Source: Mytilus edulis (lineage: Eukaryota). From it: a stretch of DNA of 64,000 bases. Below are positions 39,701-54,700 of the stretch, one piece after another. The notes under the pieces are model-generated. The model was not told the origin of the DNA. It did no database searches and worked only from the letters and a program-made list of their open reading frames with translations. The DNA is taken from NCBI RefSeq assembly GCF_963676685.1, contig NC_092351.1, positions 20,212,001 through 20,276,000 on the forward strand, read 5' to 3'. Within the stretch, counting starts at the first letter, position 1. Each line of letters begins with the position of its first letter. A program made the translations under genes and the position numbers.

Positions 39701-42700
39701 TGTATGTATATACTGGTAAGATTCCTCCTTTATTCGGAGTAGCACTCTAGAGCCGCAAGGGTACAGTGGAATCTGTGTATGTGATGAGGGTGTAACTTAA
39801 TGCTGTTCATAAAGCTTTCATATATAGGAAATCAAATACATGTACAAAATAAATTTCCATTATCATTATCACTGATTCAAATTTGGTACATGGTACCAAG
39901 GCAAAGATAATAGGGGGAACCTGTGATAAATCAAATCAATTTGAGCATTTATTATGAAATTTGTATTTTCTTCTAAACTCTGGTTTTAGGAATGTTTAAC
40001 GGAAAAGCCTAATTTTAAAACAATATAAAACCAATGCTTCAAATATTCTTGACTTACATGTAGAATGACTTCATTAATAGGGACATCCTCCTTGAGAGTA
40101 AGTTTGTATGGATTCTGTACAAACTCTGGTTGGTTATCGTTGACATCAGTCACATTTATAGTAACAAATGTAGAGCTACTGAGTGGGGCAGAGGATCTGT
40201 CATGTGCTATGATGGTCAAGATGTATTCTGATGTTGTCTCATGGTCCAAGGTCTTGGCCACTTGTATCATACCTGAAGATTGAATTATGAAATAAAGCTA
40301 TCTTGGATTACATGTGATTATAAAAAAGATTCATACATGCAGAACCAAAACTTTGACTTTGAAATGTATCCAAAATATATCATCTAGCTAATTTCAAAAA
40401 TATTTTTCTTCTTGGGAACATTCGACTTGTTTTACCATTATATTATTGATATCTTTACTGTTGTGTATAAACATGTATTGCATTCAAAAAGTGAATTAGA
40501 TAATTAATTTTTTGTTGATTGCTGATTTCTTATACATCACTGTAAATTGTTTTATGTGGACAATATTATGTAATGATTTCAATTTGTTAAATTTCTTACA
40601 AATAACAAATTAAAATGAGATGATATGAACCATTTGCATGACTATGTCTTAGAGCTTGTACATTTCGTCACATGTTTGAAAACAAGTCCCTGACTTACCA
40701 GTATCAGTATCAATATTAAAATGTCTGTCCACATTTCCAGCTGAGATCATATACAACATCTTAGCATTGACTCCTATGTCTTTACTGGTTGCTGTGACTG
40801 CAATCACGTCAGAATTAACAACAGCATCCTCACTGATTGATACAATGTAACTGCTACGTACAAATTCTGGTGGGTTGTCATTCTCATCCTGAATGGCTAT
40901 TTTTAGAAGGACTTCTCCTGTCTTGCTTGGATTTCCCTAAAATATGCATTTCCATTGTAAAATTTTATAGTTAAAAACACTTTTACAATTTTGTCTTTTT
41001 CAACATTTATTTTGTTGAAATCTAGACAATTTTCATTTATAACAGCAGACAGAATAATTATTATGGCTCATCTTCATTTATTTTTAACACCTTATTAATG
41101 GCAACATGTAGATTGTAGAATCCTTATGACTTATTTAGATAAATAGTTATATTTTCCATAATATGGCAATTTATATATATATACTGAGGTAAAATCAAAA
41201 AGACTAATTCAACACATCAATCATACTCACCATGTCATAGGCTTCCAACATTAGTTTGTACAGATCTTTCTTTTCTCTGTCAAGGGAACTCACAAGAGTT
41301 ATAACCCCTGTTTCTGGGTCCAGTGTGAAGCTGCCATCAGCATCATCTTTCAGATTGTACTTTACTTGTCTATTTATACCTGAAAATACAAATCAGAATT
41401 GTCCTAAATGTGCATAAAATAGGCCACTGGATAATAAAAATAAATATTCTTTAAAACCTGTAAAGAGTATTTTCATTGTCCTGGCCTTGAAATCATTTCT
41501 TTATCTAGTCATACATGTATTTACAAATTCCAAAAGGGATCGCACTTTAATTTACTGTAGTAATTGAACCTTTTTTTTTAAATCATGTCAAGCAGTTTCT
41601 GCAGTTTCTTGACTATCGTTCTATACTACATTGTTTGCCTTCTCCAATTTCTTAACTGAAGAAATCCAGAGGTTAAAATACCTTAAATATAATGATGCCC
41701 CCTCTAGAATATCATATAAAGCTATAGAGGAATATAATTGAAGAACAGTAAAAAGGGACGCTACCCAAATTTGTACTTGATCTGAGTTTTGCAGCAATAG
41801 ACATTGAATATAAGTTTCATAACATTTGGTTGAGGCAAACTTAAGTTAGTGAACATAAAGGAAAAATTCAGCTACAGTGGGGGCATAAAAAGGGTTTAAT
41901 TACTGTTAATATTTTCACTCATGTGTTTGTCATATTTACCTAAATCATCATCAACTGCTCTCACTCTCATTAACAATGTATCTGGTGGTGTGGATTCTAT
42001 CACCTGGAAAGTCTCCGGAATGTCAATAAACCGTGGACTGTTATCATTGATGTCACTCAGATCTATAAATACATCAATGTCACATGACCTGCCTCCTCCA
42101 TCCACTGCATTGATTGACAGGTGGTAGTTATCAATTTCTTCTCTGTCAAGTTCCGATTTTACAGTCAATATCCCTAAAAACAAAACATATCTCTAAGTTA
42201 ATTTTATAGATTTAGGGTAGCTTTTTATGTCTGGTATCTAAAAGATGATGTTTATTTAACTTTATTTGTTCTTTTAAACTAATACAGTTAGACTTTGCAT
42301 AAATTGCTTAAAAAATAATTAAAAACAAGAATGTGTCCTAATTTCGCATAAAAATGATAAAGATCATATCATATTAGGGAACATGTGTACTAAGTTTCAA
42401 GTTGATTGGACTTAACTTCATCAAAAACTACCTTGACCAAAAACATTAACCTGAAACTTGCACTATCATTTTCTATGTTCAGTGGACCATGAAATTGGGG
42501 TAAAAACTCTAATTTGACATTAAAATTAGAAAGATCATACCATAGGGAACATATATCCTAAGTTTCATGTTGACTGGACTTCAACATCATCAAAAACTAC
42601 CTCGACCAAAAACTTTAACCTGAAGTAGGACAAAGGAACAAACTAACGAAACAAAACAAAACCAATTTTTAAATAAATCTGAATCCCCTTTGCTTACCTG

Positions 42701-45700
42701 TACTTTTATCGAGGTTAAATTTCTGTTTCTCATTGCCTGCCCTAATGACATAGCTAATTTCTGCATGGACAGTTGCTGCATCATCTGCATCAGTAGCCTT
42801 GACACGAACAATTATACTTCCAACTGATTTTTCTTCTGACAGGATTAATGGATGAATAGGCTGCAACAGAAAAAGTTTATAAGAATATCTGTCAGATTTC
42901 CTGTCAATATATAATTTTGTGGCAATGATTTTACATGCACTTACAGTAGAGCAAGGTTAGCTGATGATTTGACAATTAAAGGTATTACCTTTCATTTTCC
43001 TTTCAAGACAACTTAATCTATATGCATCTAGATTTTTTATTTTATTTAAATACATGTATTTCCTTGAAAATGTAGTATTCATTTGAGAAGAACAGATCTA
43101 TACTAACAATAGCAGCAGTCTTACAATGTTGAACGTAACAACCTCCCAACAAAAAAAGGCGGAAGAACAAGCACAGTAACATTACGTACAGTGAATCTTC
43201 CTTATTAATATACAACCCAATATTTATCTTTATAATGTATTATCCTGTATTATACAAACCTCATCACAGACAGGATCGTTGTCATTATCATCAAGTATCT
43301 CGATGGTAATCTTTGTCATTGTAGACATCCCTCCATCTGTAGCAGCTACAACCAGTGTATATAAGGAATCATTTTCACGGTCCAGTGGTTTATTCACAAT
43401 TACTTCCCCTGTTCCTCGTACATGAAACTTTCCAAGTTTATCCCCATCAACAATTATATACTCTACATTGGTATTAGGTCCTATGTCTTCATCTGTGGTA
43501 AACAGTTCTGTAACTACGGTACCCAAGTCAGCTCCTTCATTTACAGCTGCAATGTAAGATGGACGAGAGAAGATAGGTGGATTATCATTCTGGTCCGTTA
43601 CATCCACAAGGACTCTTGTCAAACTCTTCTGTTCTGTTTTAGCTTTTATGTCCATGGCAACAATGGTGAAATTGTATTGGTCAGTCGTTTCCCTATCTAA
43701 TGGATTAATCAATGAAATCCAGCCAGATATTGAGTCAAGGTCAAATATTTTAGACATTCCACTACTTTCCTCCCCAAAACTGTATCTAATTTCAAAGTCA
43801 GAATCTTCATCCATGGCACGAACTTGGATAACATGATCACCTGGTTTACTATTCTCTATCACCATTGTATGATACTCATTAGATTCAAATACAGGATCTT
43901 TATTATTAGAATCTGTTACTATAATTATAACCTCCACATAATCATACAATGATGGAGAACTAGTAGTCTTGGCTTGTACAGATAAATGATATTTCTGAAC
44001 ATCATTATAGTCCAACTTCCTAAGTAGTTTCAGTTTACCACTGTGACTGATTTCAAATGATGGAGGATAGTTGGTATCGGGAGTATTACCATGAATTATG
44101 TAATACTTTACTGGATTATGGCTCTCTGCAACAATAAGTCGACTAAATACCGTTTCGTCTTCAGATATTGTAAAAATCATTTTCTTGGAAGCTTGGAATC
44201 TTGGCGCAATATCATTTTTACCCATGACATAAACTTGAACAGCAACTGACGAGTCTAGTATAGGATCACCTTCATCTATAGCATGAACAAAGAATTGGTA
44301 CACTTGATTTGCTGAAAAAAAAGAAAGATATTATTATAATAATTATTTTCTTTTAATTAAATGCACTTGTATACTTTATTGAGTCAAATTCTCTTTGTGT
44401 TGGCTTTTATTTTCAAATATGAATTTCTTATAAGATCATATTTCCATTTTTCTTTCCTTCTGCTATTATACACAAGAGTGCACACGCTGAAATGTCTCGC
44501 CTTCTATACTAATCATTGATATTATGTTGAAAGTCCTAAGTATAAAGCTAAGCTTTAATACAACTGTCACATAAACTTAACATTAACCAAGATAACTAAA
44601 CAAAGACCAATGAACCTTGAAAATGAGGTCAAGGTCAGATGAACCATGCCAGGCAGACATGTACAGCTAACAATGCTTCTATACAACATATATATAGTTG
44701 ACCTATTACTTATAGTTTAAGAAAAATAGACCAAAACACAAAAAACTTAACACTGTGCAATGAACCGTGAAAATGGGGTCACGGTCATATAAAACCTGCG
44801 CGACTGACATAAAGATCATAAAATATTTCCATACACCAAATATAGATGGCCTATGGCATATAGTATTAGATAAAAAGACCAAAACTCAAAAACTTAACTT
44901 TGACCACTGAACCATGCAAATGAGGTCAAGGTCACATGACATCTGCCCGCTATATAGGTACACCTTACAATCATTCCATACAACAAATATAGTAGACCTA
45001 TTGCATATAGTATGAGAAAAACAGACCAAAACACAAAAATTTAACTATAACCACTGAACCATGAAAATGAGGTCAAGGTCAGATGACACCTGCCAGTTGG
45101 ACATGTACACCTTACAGTCCTTCCATACACCGAATATACTAGCCCTATTGCTTGTAGTATCTGAGATATGGACTTGACCACCAAAACTTAACCTTGTTCA
45201 CTGATCCATGAAATGAGGTCGAGGTCAAGTGAAAACTGTCTGACAGACATGAGGACCTTTCAAGGTACGCACATATCAAATATAGTTATCCTATTACTTA
45301 TAATAAGAGAGAATTCAACATTACAAAAAATCTGAACTTTTTTTTCAAGTGGTCACTGAACCATGAAAATGAGGTCAAGGACATTGGACATGTGACTGAC
45401 GGAAACTTCGTAACATGAGGCATCTATATACAAAGTATGAAGCATCCAGGTCTTCCACCTTCTAAAATATAAAGCTTTTAAGAAGTTAGCTAACACCGCC
45501 GCCGCCGGATCACTATCCCTATGTCGAGCTTTCTGCAACAAAAGTTGCAGGCTCGACAAAAACTGAGTTGAATCTTTTTCATAATTTGTGTGCCTAATGT
45601 CAAATTGCAAGTATTACATATTTTTAGCACTTGGACAAATATAGAAGTTAATTTAATTAAATGAAGTGTTAAAGCATTCATTATTACCAAATTCCTTCAA

Positions 45701-48700
45701 ATCCATTTTGACAATGAGATCACCAGTATAAGGATTAATGTTAAACAGTTTCTCTGGTTTAGCAAGTTCATATCTCACTCGGCCTCCTGGTCCTTTGTCC
45801 ATATCCACAGCTTCGATCTGTTTAATTAGAAAGAAAATATGTATCAAATCTTCAATTCAAAATACTGTTTCTCTTCTAACTAATGATACATACAATTTTA
45901 TTTATACGAATAGTTTAAAAAGGAAAAGATTTCAGTAATAAATTCAGGCCAAAATATGGTTAGTTCTTGTCAAATCATAAGTTATTTCCCATTTTATTAA
46001 TGAAAAATTGAGTTAAAACCCAAATATGGCCTGTAATAATTAGAATGTTAAAATTTTCCAAGTACTTTATAATACCTTTAAAAATCTGAAAAAAATTACC
46101 TTTGCAAAGGAAGAATTAACAACAGCACCAGGGGAGACAACCAGTTTATATTCGTTCCTAAGGAAACGTGGAGGATTATCATTGAGATCCCTGATGGTAA
46201 CTTCTACCATTGAAAATCCTATTCTCCCAGCATTGTCTGTTACTGCTATTGGTATCTGATAGAAATCCCGCTTCTCTCGATCAAAGTCAAACTCAGAAAA
46301 TATTTCACCTGCAAAAGACAATATGTTCTTCTTTAAAACTATTCACCATTATTGGAAAGATATTAAATTCATGCAAAAACGTCAGTGTATGAAAATTTCA
46401 CATTTAACATGTAGCTCAAATAAACACTATTGGACAAAAAGTTATACTAGGCTATACAAAAGAAAATTTTATAACAATGAATTATTTCAATTTACAAATA
46501 CTACTGTAAAATACAACAGAATTAGTTTTATATTTTAGTAATTTCTATACATTGATTAAAATATATCTATTTTTTGTTTTAATATAAATCATACCTGTAT
46601 CAGCATCAATACTGAAGTACTGCTTCATCTCGTCACTAGGTATGGTGTAAGTCAACATCCCATTGGTTCCTGGGTCCTCATCAAATGCTGTTACCATAGT
46701 GACAATCATTCCCTTCCCAAGATTCTCTAGAATGGTTGATCTATATAACTGTCTAGTGAACATTGGTGTATGGTTATTGGAACTCTTGACCGATAGGCTT
46801 ACTTGAGTGAAAGCAGTAAAAACACCGTCACTGACAGATATATTTAGAATATAAGCATGCTGGAGTAGGCCAGTACGTCTGCTGGATAGACTGATCAATC
46901 CCGTCTGCTGATTCACATGGAAAACCTGGTCAATATTACCACCAACAATACTGTACTGTAAATTACCTTCACTACAAGGGTCAGGGTCAGATGCCATTAC
47001 CTTGACAACATATGAACTGCTTGGTTGATCAAATATCGTACAATCATATGATTTCTGTACAAAGTATGGAGGATTATCATTCAAGTCTTGTAAAATTATG
47101 TGTAATGGTGCTGTTGTAAAATGCTTGTTCGACCCACCATCAGTTGCTATGGCAATGACATTGAACTCGTGCTGTTCCTCGTAATCTAACATCTTGGTGG
47201 TTACTATGTGACCAGATTCAGAATCAATTTCAAAATGGCTGACATCCTCACTGTCGATATGTGCTGGTACTAAGCTGTAGTACACAAGCCCATTGGATCC
47301 AACATCTGCATCAGTAGCAGTCACCATAGCAACAGAAGAACCAATCGGAACAGATTCTGACAGCAAACTAGTGTATTTGAACTTTGAAAATACTGGTTTA
47401 TTGTCGTTCACATCCTGAAATAGATGAATACAGATAATTTATAAAACAATTTACCTAGACTGGTGGCATACTCTATATGGAAATTAAAACCAATAGGGTT
47501 ATTTAAAATTTTTTAAAACATGCTACATAATCCCTTTTCAACCCACTTAGATGTCAATTGTTGGAGAGTTAAAATAGTAACGACAGAGCTATAACATCTA
47601 TTTTAATAGTATTACAATAGCATTGATTGTTGAATGTATTGTAAAAGAGTACCTTAGTTTGTTTAAACCAAAACATATTCAGAACTATCTATTTCACTTT
47701 TTTTTTTTTTAGATAATATTCTGCGAAAATATTATTGAATATGGGTTTTTTTTAAGCAAAGTTGATCCTTTTACAGTATATGATATCCCATGATAACTTT
47801 CAAACACTCCAATATATCTTTGTTAATAAAGGAATACTTACCACAACACTAATTCTTAGTTTTGTTTCTGCTACGGATCCAGTTTTGACATCTTTAGCTG
47901 TTAATGTAAGATCATATCCTTTTGTTGACTCATAATCTAGAGGGCTCACAACGGAAATAACACCTGAAATTCAAAGGGTAAAATATGTCATAATAAATTG
48001 GGGGGAAAATCAGTAATAGTAATGATTGTTATACCATCATTATTCTTCAAGGTATATACTGAATCAAAATACTTTTCTATTTACTCTACACAAAAACATT
48101 TACTGGTAAAATTATAAAAGAATTTGTTTAACATTTAACATCAAGACAATTTTTACAATGATAGTTTCAACAACAAAAGGCTTAACTTTTCTACTGTAAA
48201 CAATCTTTACAAGGACAATTCCAACAACAAAGAGCTAAACTTTTCTATAGTAAACAATCTTTACAAGGACAATTTCAACAACAAAGAGCTAAACTTTTCT
48301 ACTGTAAACAATCTTTACAAGGGCAATTCCAACAACAAAGAGCTAAACTTTTCTACTGTAAACAATCTTTACAAGGGCAATTCCAACAAAAAAGAGCTAA
48401 ACTTTTCTACTGTAAACAATCTTTACAAGGATAATTTCAACAACAAAGAGCTAAACTTTTCTACTGTAAACAATCTTTACAAGGGCAATTCCAACAGCAA
48501 AGAGCTAAACTTTTCTACTGTAAATAATCTTTATTACGACAATTCCAACAAAAAATAGCTAAACTTTTCTATAGTAAACAATCTTTACAAGGGCATAATT
48601 CCAACAACACAAGGTAAAACTTTTCTACTATAAAATTTCATATAACAAGTAGCTTTGTCTCAGTTTGGTCTTTATTATTGGGTTTCATTCAATTCAATTT

Positions 48701-51700
48701 ATATATTATGCTTTTCCCATGCACTGTCAAATATCATTTATGGTGAATTCTTGTTTATCTAGGCGTTGAACTTTTAAATAAGTTTTATGTGAAGTTATAT
48801 ATTTTTAACATGTCAACTGGTCAGTAAGGTAAAACTATGTATATTATGGTTACCAAACTGCCAATAATAAACCTTTAAAGAATGAACCAAATATGCATAG
48901 CAAAATATAACTGTGTTTCCAAATGTAATGTAAAAAAATATTAGTTAATTCTTGATTAACATGGTTAATACATCATCTTGTTATTATTGAATATTGAGTT
49001 ATAACAATCTGCATACAAAAATTTAGAGAAAAGAAAGAAAAAAGCAATGCTTAACTAGCCTGAAGCCATTGTGTGCTGTAATACAGAAAAGTGATTTTAG
49101 AAAACATTCTTAAAGGGAAAATTCGCGATTTTTTACTTATGGTTTAAATATGTTCATTATGACATAATATATATATTCACAAAGTTTTATCGCTATATGT
49201 GCAGTAATAAAGGAGAAATTCAATAATTAATGAAAAAATATTAACTACTTCCTGTAGGTCGTGACGTTTTCTCCTGGTTTTTGCATGCCGGGATTTAAAA
49301 TAAAATCATTAAAAGTCTTGGTTTTTAATCATATTTTACCGTTATCGTAAGCGTGCCGATGACTAATGCTATATCTAATAACCATCCGATAATAAGAAAA
49401 TAAAACGCACAGTCGTGCAGTTGTACACATTCATGAGAAAAATTTCTATATTTACCTTATATATTTCGATTTATTTTTGTAGACAGCACAAGAAATTATT
49501 ATAATTATTTATTTTTGCTTAAATTTATACTTTTTGAGACTGATAAAGTGAATAAATCAAAGTATATAACTTGAACTGTTAAGACAATATATAGGTTTCC
49601 GCTTATTGACCTTTTACTATCTACGCTATGACTTTATTTATGCGATGTGTGTATTAGTCTCCGACAATACTCGTGAAAGACCTGTATAAAGGTGAAATGT
49701 TATTTGCAGATCGGTAATTAGCTTGGTCTCTAGGGCACACCGTGCCAGGTGTGACTGTCTATTCGGATCAGTGGGTTATACGACAGGAGGTCAAGTTTAA
49801 TACACAAATTTAAAATACATTTTCAAGGTGTGAACAAATACAAGTGAATCGCCGTGGAATTTTTTAATTATATTTGGTGCTATTATTTTATTTGTATTCA
49901 AAAGAAGTTACTAAACTAAGAAATGAACCGGTTAAAGTCTGGAAACTAAATTTAGTTGTCGGAATGAAATGATATACACTCTTATCATTTATTTATATTT
50001 TCTTAAAAGGGAAAATAAAACTAGTTTTACACAAGCATTTTAATTGTCCTAAATAGGCAAAAAAATGTACGGGAACACTTAAATTTAAGACATTTGAAAG
50101 CCATGACCAAATGAAAGGTGTACCTGTATTACATTTTTACTTTTACACATAGTCTCAGATTCTAGTGAGGTCGGAAGGGTTAAATGAAATAATATAGATT
50201 ATCTGGTATCATTTGGATAATGGAAGAAGCTATACTATAAAAACAAAGAAATTTATTACCAATACACTCGAGATCAAAGGTTGTTAATTTTTCTGATCCA
50301 GTTAATTTTTACTCACATATTTTTTTTATATTTTGATTTGAGCGTGCTTGTTTTTACATGACACTTTTTTTTTCATTTCTCCTATTTCGTTGGACGAAAG
50401 CAAACCGGTAGGTACATTATATTCTGCATTTGTATAGTCCGAAGTTTCCTAATTGATATTCTTGTTTCACATGTATAATGAATGATCAATTATAAAAAAC
50501 GGCATTCATTTTGAAATATAGCACTGTTTTCTAGAGAGAAAATGAAGTCACATATGCGAGGGTATAACAGGGACGAACTGATTAAAAATAACGGAACCAA
50601 CAATTATATATAAAACGAAAGAATAAAAGTAAAATTTAATTTAGATAACATCAAGGATTTGTATAGTAAAACAAATCCTTGATAACATGGAGATTTGGTC
50701 TATACCTATTCTTATAACCACTCTTAAATTTTGTAAGATTTTGTACACAGGCTGTATATCACGGACAGTTTTATATTGGTATGGTATATTTTATACGTTT
50801 TACCTGAGCACACCTGGTTCACTCGCAATCACGCACGTGATTTATTGACCTTGTTCATTGTGTATTAAATTAAACAAGCCTGCCAGGAAGTCGACCGTTA
50901 GAATACCCGAATATGTCATTTTTACAATACCCCGGTAATTACCGATATTAAGCCATGCTGATTACAAGAAGACAAGTTTTTTTAACGTTGGTCAAGTTAG
51001 ATCAAAACCCCAAATAATCTAAAAATATACGTTAGAAAAATCTCAGTTTATAATTCCTCCACAATAAGTATCCCCGGACTTTTTTTCACTTTATTGTGAC
51101 TACTTTTGCATTATTATAGCATATATCCTATATAGTACTTGAAACTGCATCTCCGTGCCAAAAATGTAAATTTAGTGACGAGCTAAAACCAATAAAATTG
51201 AGAATCAATGGAAATGGGAATGTACGATCTTTTGTCATTTACAGCTTTTCAACCTGACTTCACCATTGTACGCTGAATATTTAACCCTCTAAAAAAATTA
51301 AGATTAATTTTTTGAAATATTCTTATCAATCTTAGTGAACCATTACTTGATTTGATGATTTTGGAAACTATGTAGACTTCTTCCATTACTTGGTCGGCTG
51401 GAACATCCATCAGTTTGACAAGTCATTTGAACACTGATTAACGGACATGTCATGCTGGATACTAGGACTTTGTGGTAATTAGATATCCGTGGTCATTAGT
51501 TTTCAAGATGGCGTCTTCCCGAGAATTGAGAGTCGATTTTAAAAAGCTAATAACTCACTTATCTAGACGAATAAACCTTTAATATTTTGGGAATATGCTT
51601 ATTTATTTAGGATAAACATAATATCAAATTTTATTTTTTTTGCGAATTTTCCCTTTAACTGAGTTTGAAGTCCAAATAAGTTATCTTATGTTAAAATGTT

Positions 51701-54700
51701 AATTAATGGTTACATCAAAAGGCAAACATCCAGTATATAACTCTTCTTGGTCAGAGTAACACATGTATATTAGATAATTATTTCCCTTATGCCTTTCGTT
51801 GCCATGTACGATAATTATCTTAATTTTGTTGACTTCATCAACTTTGCAGCTAATTCTTATGAAAAAGTTGAAAGAATGGTCCATGATCCAAGCCTTATCT
51901 CTGTCTATTCTTCAACATGAATTTTGGACAAACATTTTTTATAATGAATCTTGAACTAATTCCATTTAAATTTATAAAGGAATAACATGCAGAAAGGTAT
52001 GTGTTTTTCTACAGAATTGTCCTTAGGTTTAGGTAGAAATACTACAATAACAATATTAACAACATCAAAACACTAGGAGTATGAAGATCAAGAATACAAC
52101 TGACCAACATTTCACTCAAAGAGTTACCTAATAGCACAAGAAAATATAACATACACTAGTCAATTATTTAGCTAGAAGAATGCTCGATTTACTTAAGCTG
52201 TAGTGCAACTCTAAGTTAAGAAACCGTAGTCAATCATTTTCTCTAATATCATATTCCATACAGTGACAAAATTATTGTAGTAAAGTGTATATCTACAACG
52301 CTCAACAAAAAAATATTGTGGTAAAGTGTATATCTACAACATTCAACAAGAAGCTAATAAAAGTTGTCTTTTAAAAAAAAATTAAAAAAAAAAAAAAAAA
52401 AAAACAGTATCAAGAATAATATCACAGAATTTAAAATGTATTAATCAAAGCGTGATTATTATTTTAATGTTTCTGTAACCTTGTAACTATTTAGTAGAGT
52501 TTGTGATAATTTTTATTTTCAAACTCCTTAATCTTCCCCCCCCCCCTTTATCTCTAACATTAAGTAGATTAATGTTTTATTAATAATATCCCATAAGAAG
52601 TCTCTGAATCAAAAACAATAGTTTAACATCTACAATTCAAACCTCTGCCATGCTTTTAAATGATTCTTTATATTAAAATATACAAGACTACATTTTTGGA
52701 ATTAAAAGAAGAATGAGGTAAAATTATGGATTTTATCTTGTAAAAATATTTATAAAATTCCTTTTCTTTTCAAATTTGCTATAAAATAAATAATGTAATC
52801 AACTCAATGCAGCTTAAAGGCATTGCAGCCCAAGATGCATTAAAGATTAAAAATGCAAATTATATAAAGTTATGATAATGGCACTTTATAAAGTTCTTAT
52901 AATCATATTATGAATTTTCCAACATTCACAATATTCATAAATGTAGCTAAAAGCTTACAACTAATAGCAGCAAAATCTTTCACGTGCAAGTCTTTTAAAA
53001 ACAGCATTTATTTGTTTATAAAACTCTTTGACCTATTTCTTTGTCTACAACAAGCATATAAAAAACAATTTTTTTACCAGACAAAACATTTCTTTTTTCT
53101 CCATAATTGGTCTTCTTCTCTATTCATATATTTTACTAACAGTTATTTGTAGTAATGGCAGAGACAGAAATGTAAGAGAAATGTAAACTAAAGCCTTTGA
53201 TCATGAGACTGAAAAATTCAGTGATATGTTAAAACACAACAACTATTTCTGTCAAATTATAAGCAATGGCGCACACAACAACCACCAAAACATGCAGCAA
53301 ACAGGAAACTAAAAAGGGGAGATAACTCAAGCAAGTCTGATGTGGGATACTCACATGGACCCAGCACATCTTTGCCTTATTTAGGAGTAAACAAAATCAT
53401 AAATAATAACAAAAAGCATGATAAAAACAATGATAAAAAACATGTATTACAAGCATATTTTGTTCTTCAAAATCAATTATTCCACAAAAGGACACAAGGG
53501 TAGTTAGATTTTATGATACAAGTATTAAACTAATATATATTATTATACGTTGAATGAATGTAACAATTTGAAGAATACATAGTTGTTATCCCCAGTTGTA
53601 TTAGAACAGCATCTTCAGATTGTTTATGGAATCATACAATTATACTGTATCCAGGGGTAAAAATAAAAGGTCTTCCTGTGGCACACAGTAGGCTTTACCA
53701 ATGATCAATTTGCCTGCTTGGTTAGTTATTTTCATTTTCTTAATGCTATTTTTCAACTTCTGAAGCAAGGTTGTCGTCTCTCCAAGCTTTCCCGAGGTAA
53801 GAACAAGTATATATTATATCTAGGATTTATATCGATTTTTAAGGAGCTTATTCCCCTAATCATCTTTTAGACATACATTCTTATTTCTACCCTAGTGTAA
53901 AATTTTGATCTTAACTGTCCTAAATTCTGGACACAATTTTGTCCTCTATTCTGACCAAGAGAAAAAATATTATGATCTACAATTTAATGAATTATGAACA
54001 ATATAAAAAATCAATATCTTCAGTTTAATATCATATATCAATATTCCTAAGTCAAGAAATATGAATTTTTATTGCAATATAAATTTCTTATCAAACAATG
54101 AGATTTTAACAATTATTAAGTCTAAATATTTAATGCACATTTATGTCAATATATATATCAATTGTCATGATGCAATTGAAGTTTTATGAATTCAAATTCA
54201 GGCCATATCAATTTCTATATGTTTTTTATGCTTATCATGCTTATTCATCAAGATGAAATACAAAATTATTAAGTCTTTCAAAAGGTTCAATAGCATATAT
54301 ATAAATAGTAACAATTGTTGATTTGATATGGGAATTACAATACCTAGAAAAACTTAAATTGAAGACATATTGTTCCTTTTTAAAAGAGTGGGCATTAATG
54401 TTGTATTAAATTAAATATTATATTAACTTAGCCTTGCCATTATTACAGAACTGACATTGTTTCTAGCCTTGACATTATTACAGAAAGAACTGACATTGTT
54501 TCTGTACCAAGTCTGCCATTCTACATGTTCTAAACTTAACAACAAATCATATCATTATACTGGCCTATCTAACATTTTATTGTTTCAATTTTACATTGCA
54601 AGTTTTTATTATTCTGACAAAAGATTTGCTGATGGTCTGATAGAATTTTTTGTTTTCTGTCTGCTGCTATTAATCAAACTGACATAGTTTGGTGACTTTA

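Noticed and set aside
45353-45690. ORFs adjacent to a Fat exon
   Set aside because: They run through a HINE-like repeat and are not needed for the Fat reading frame.
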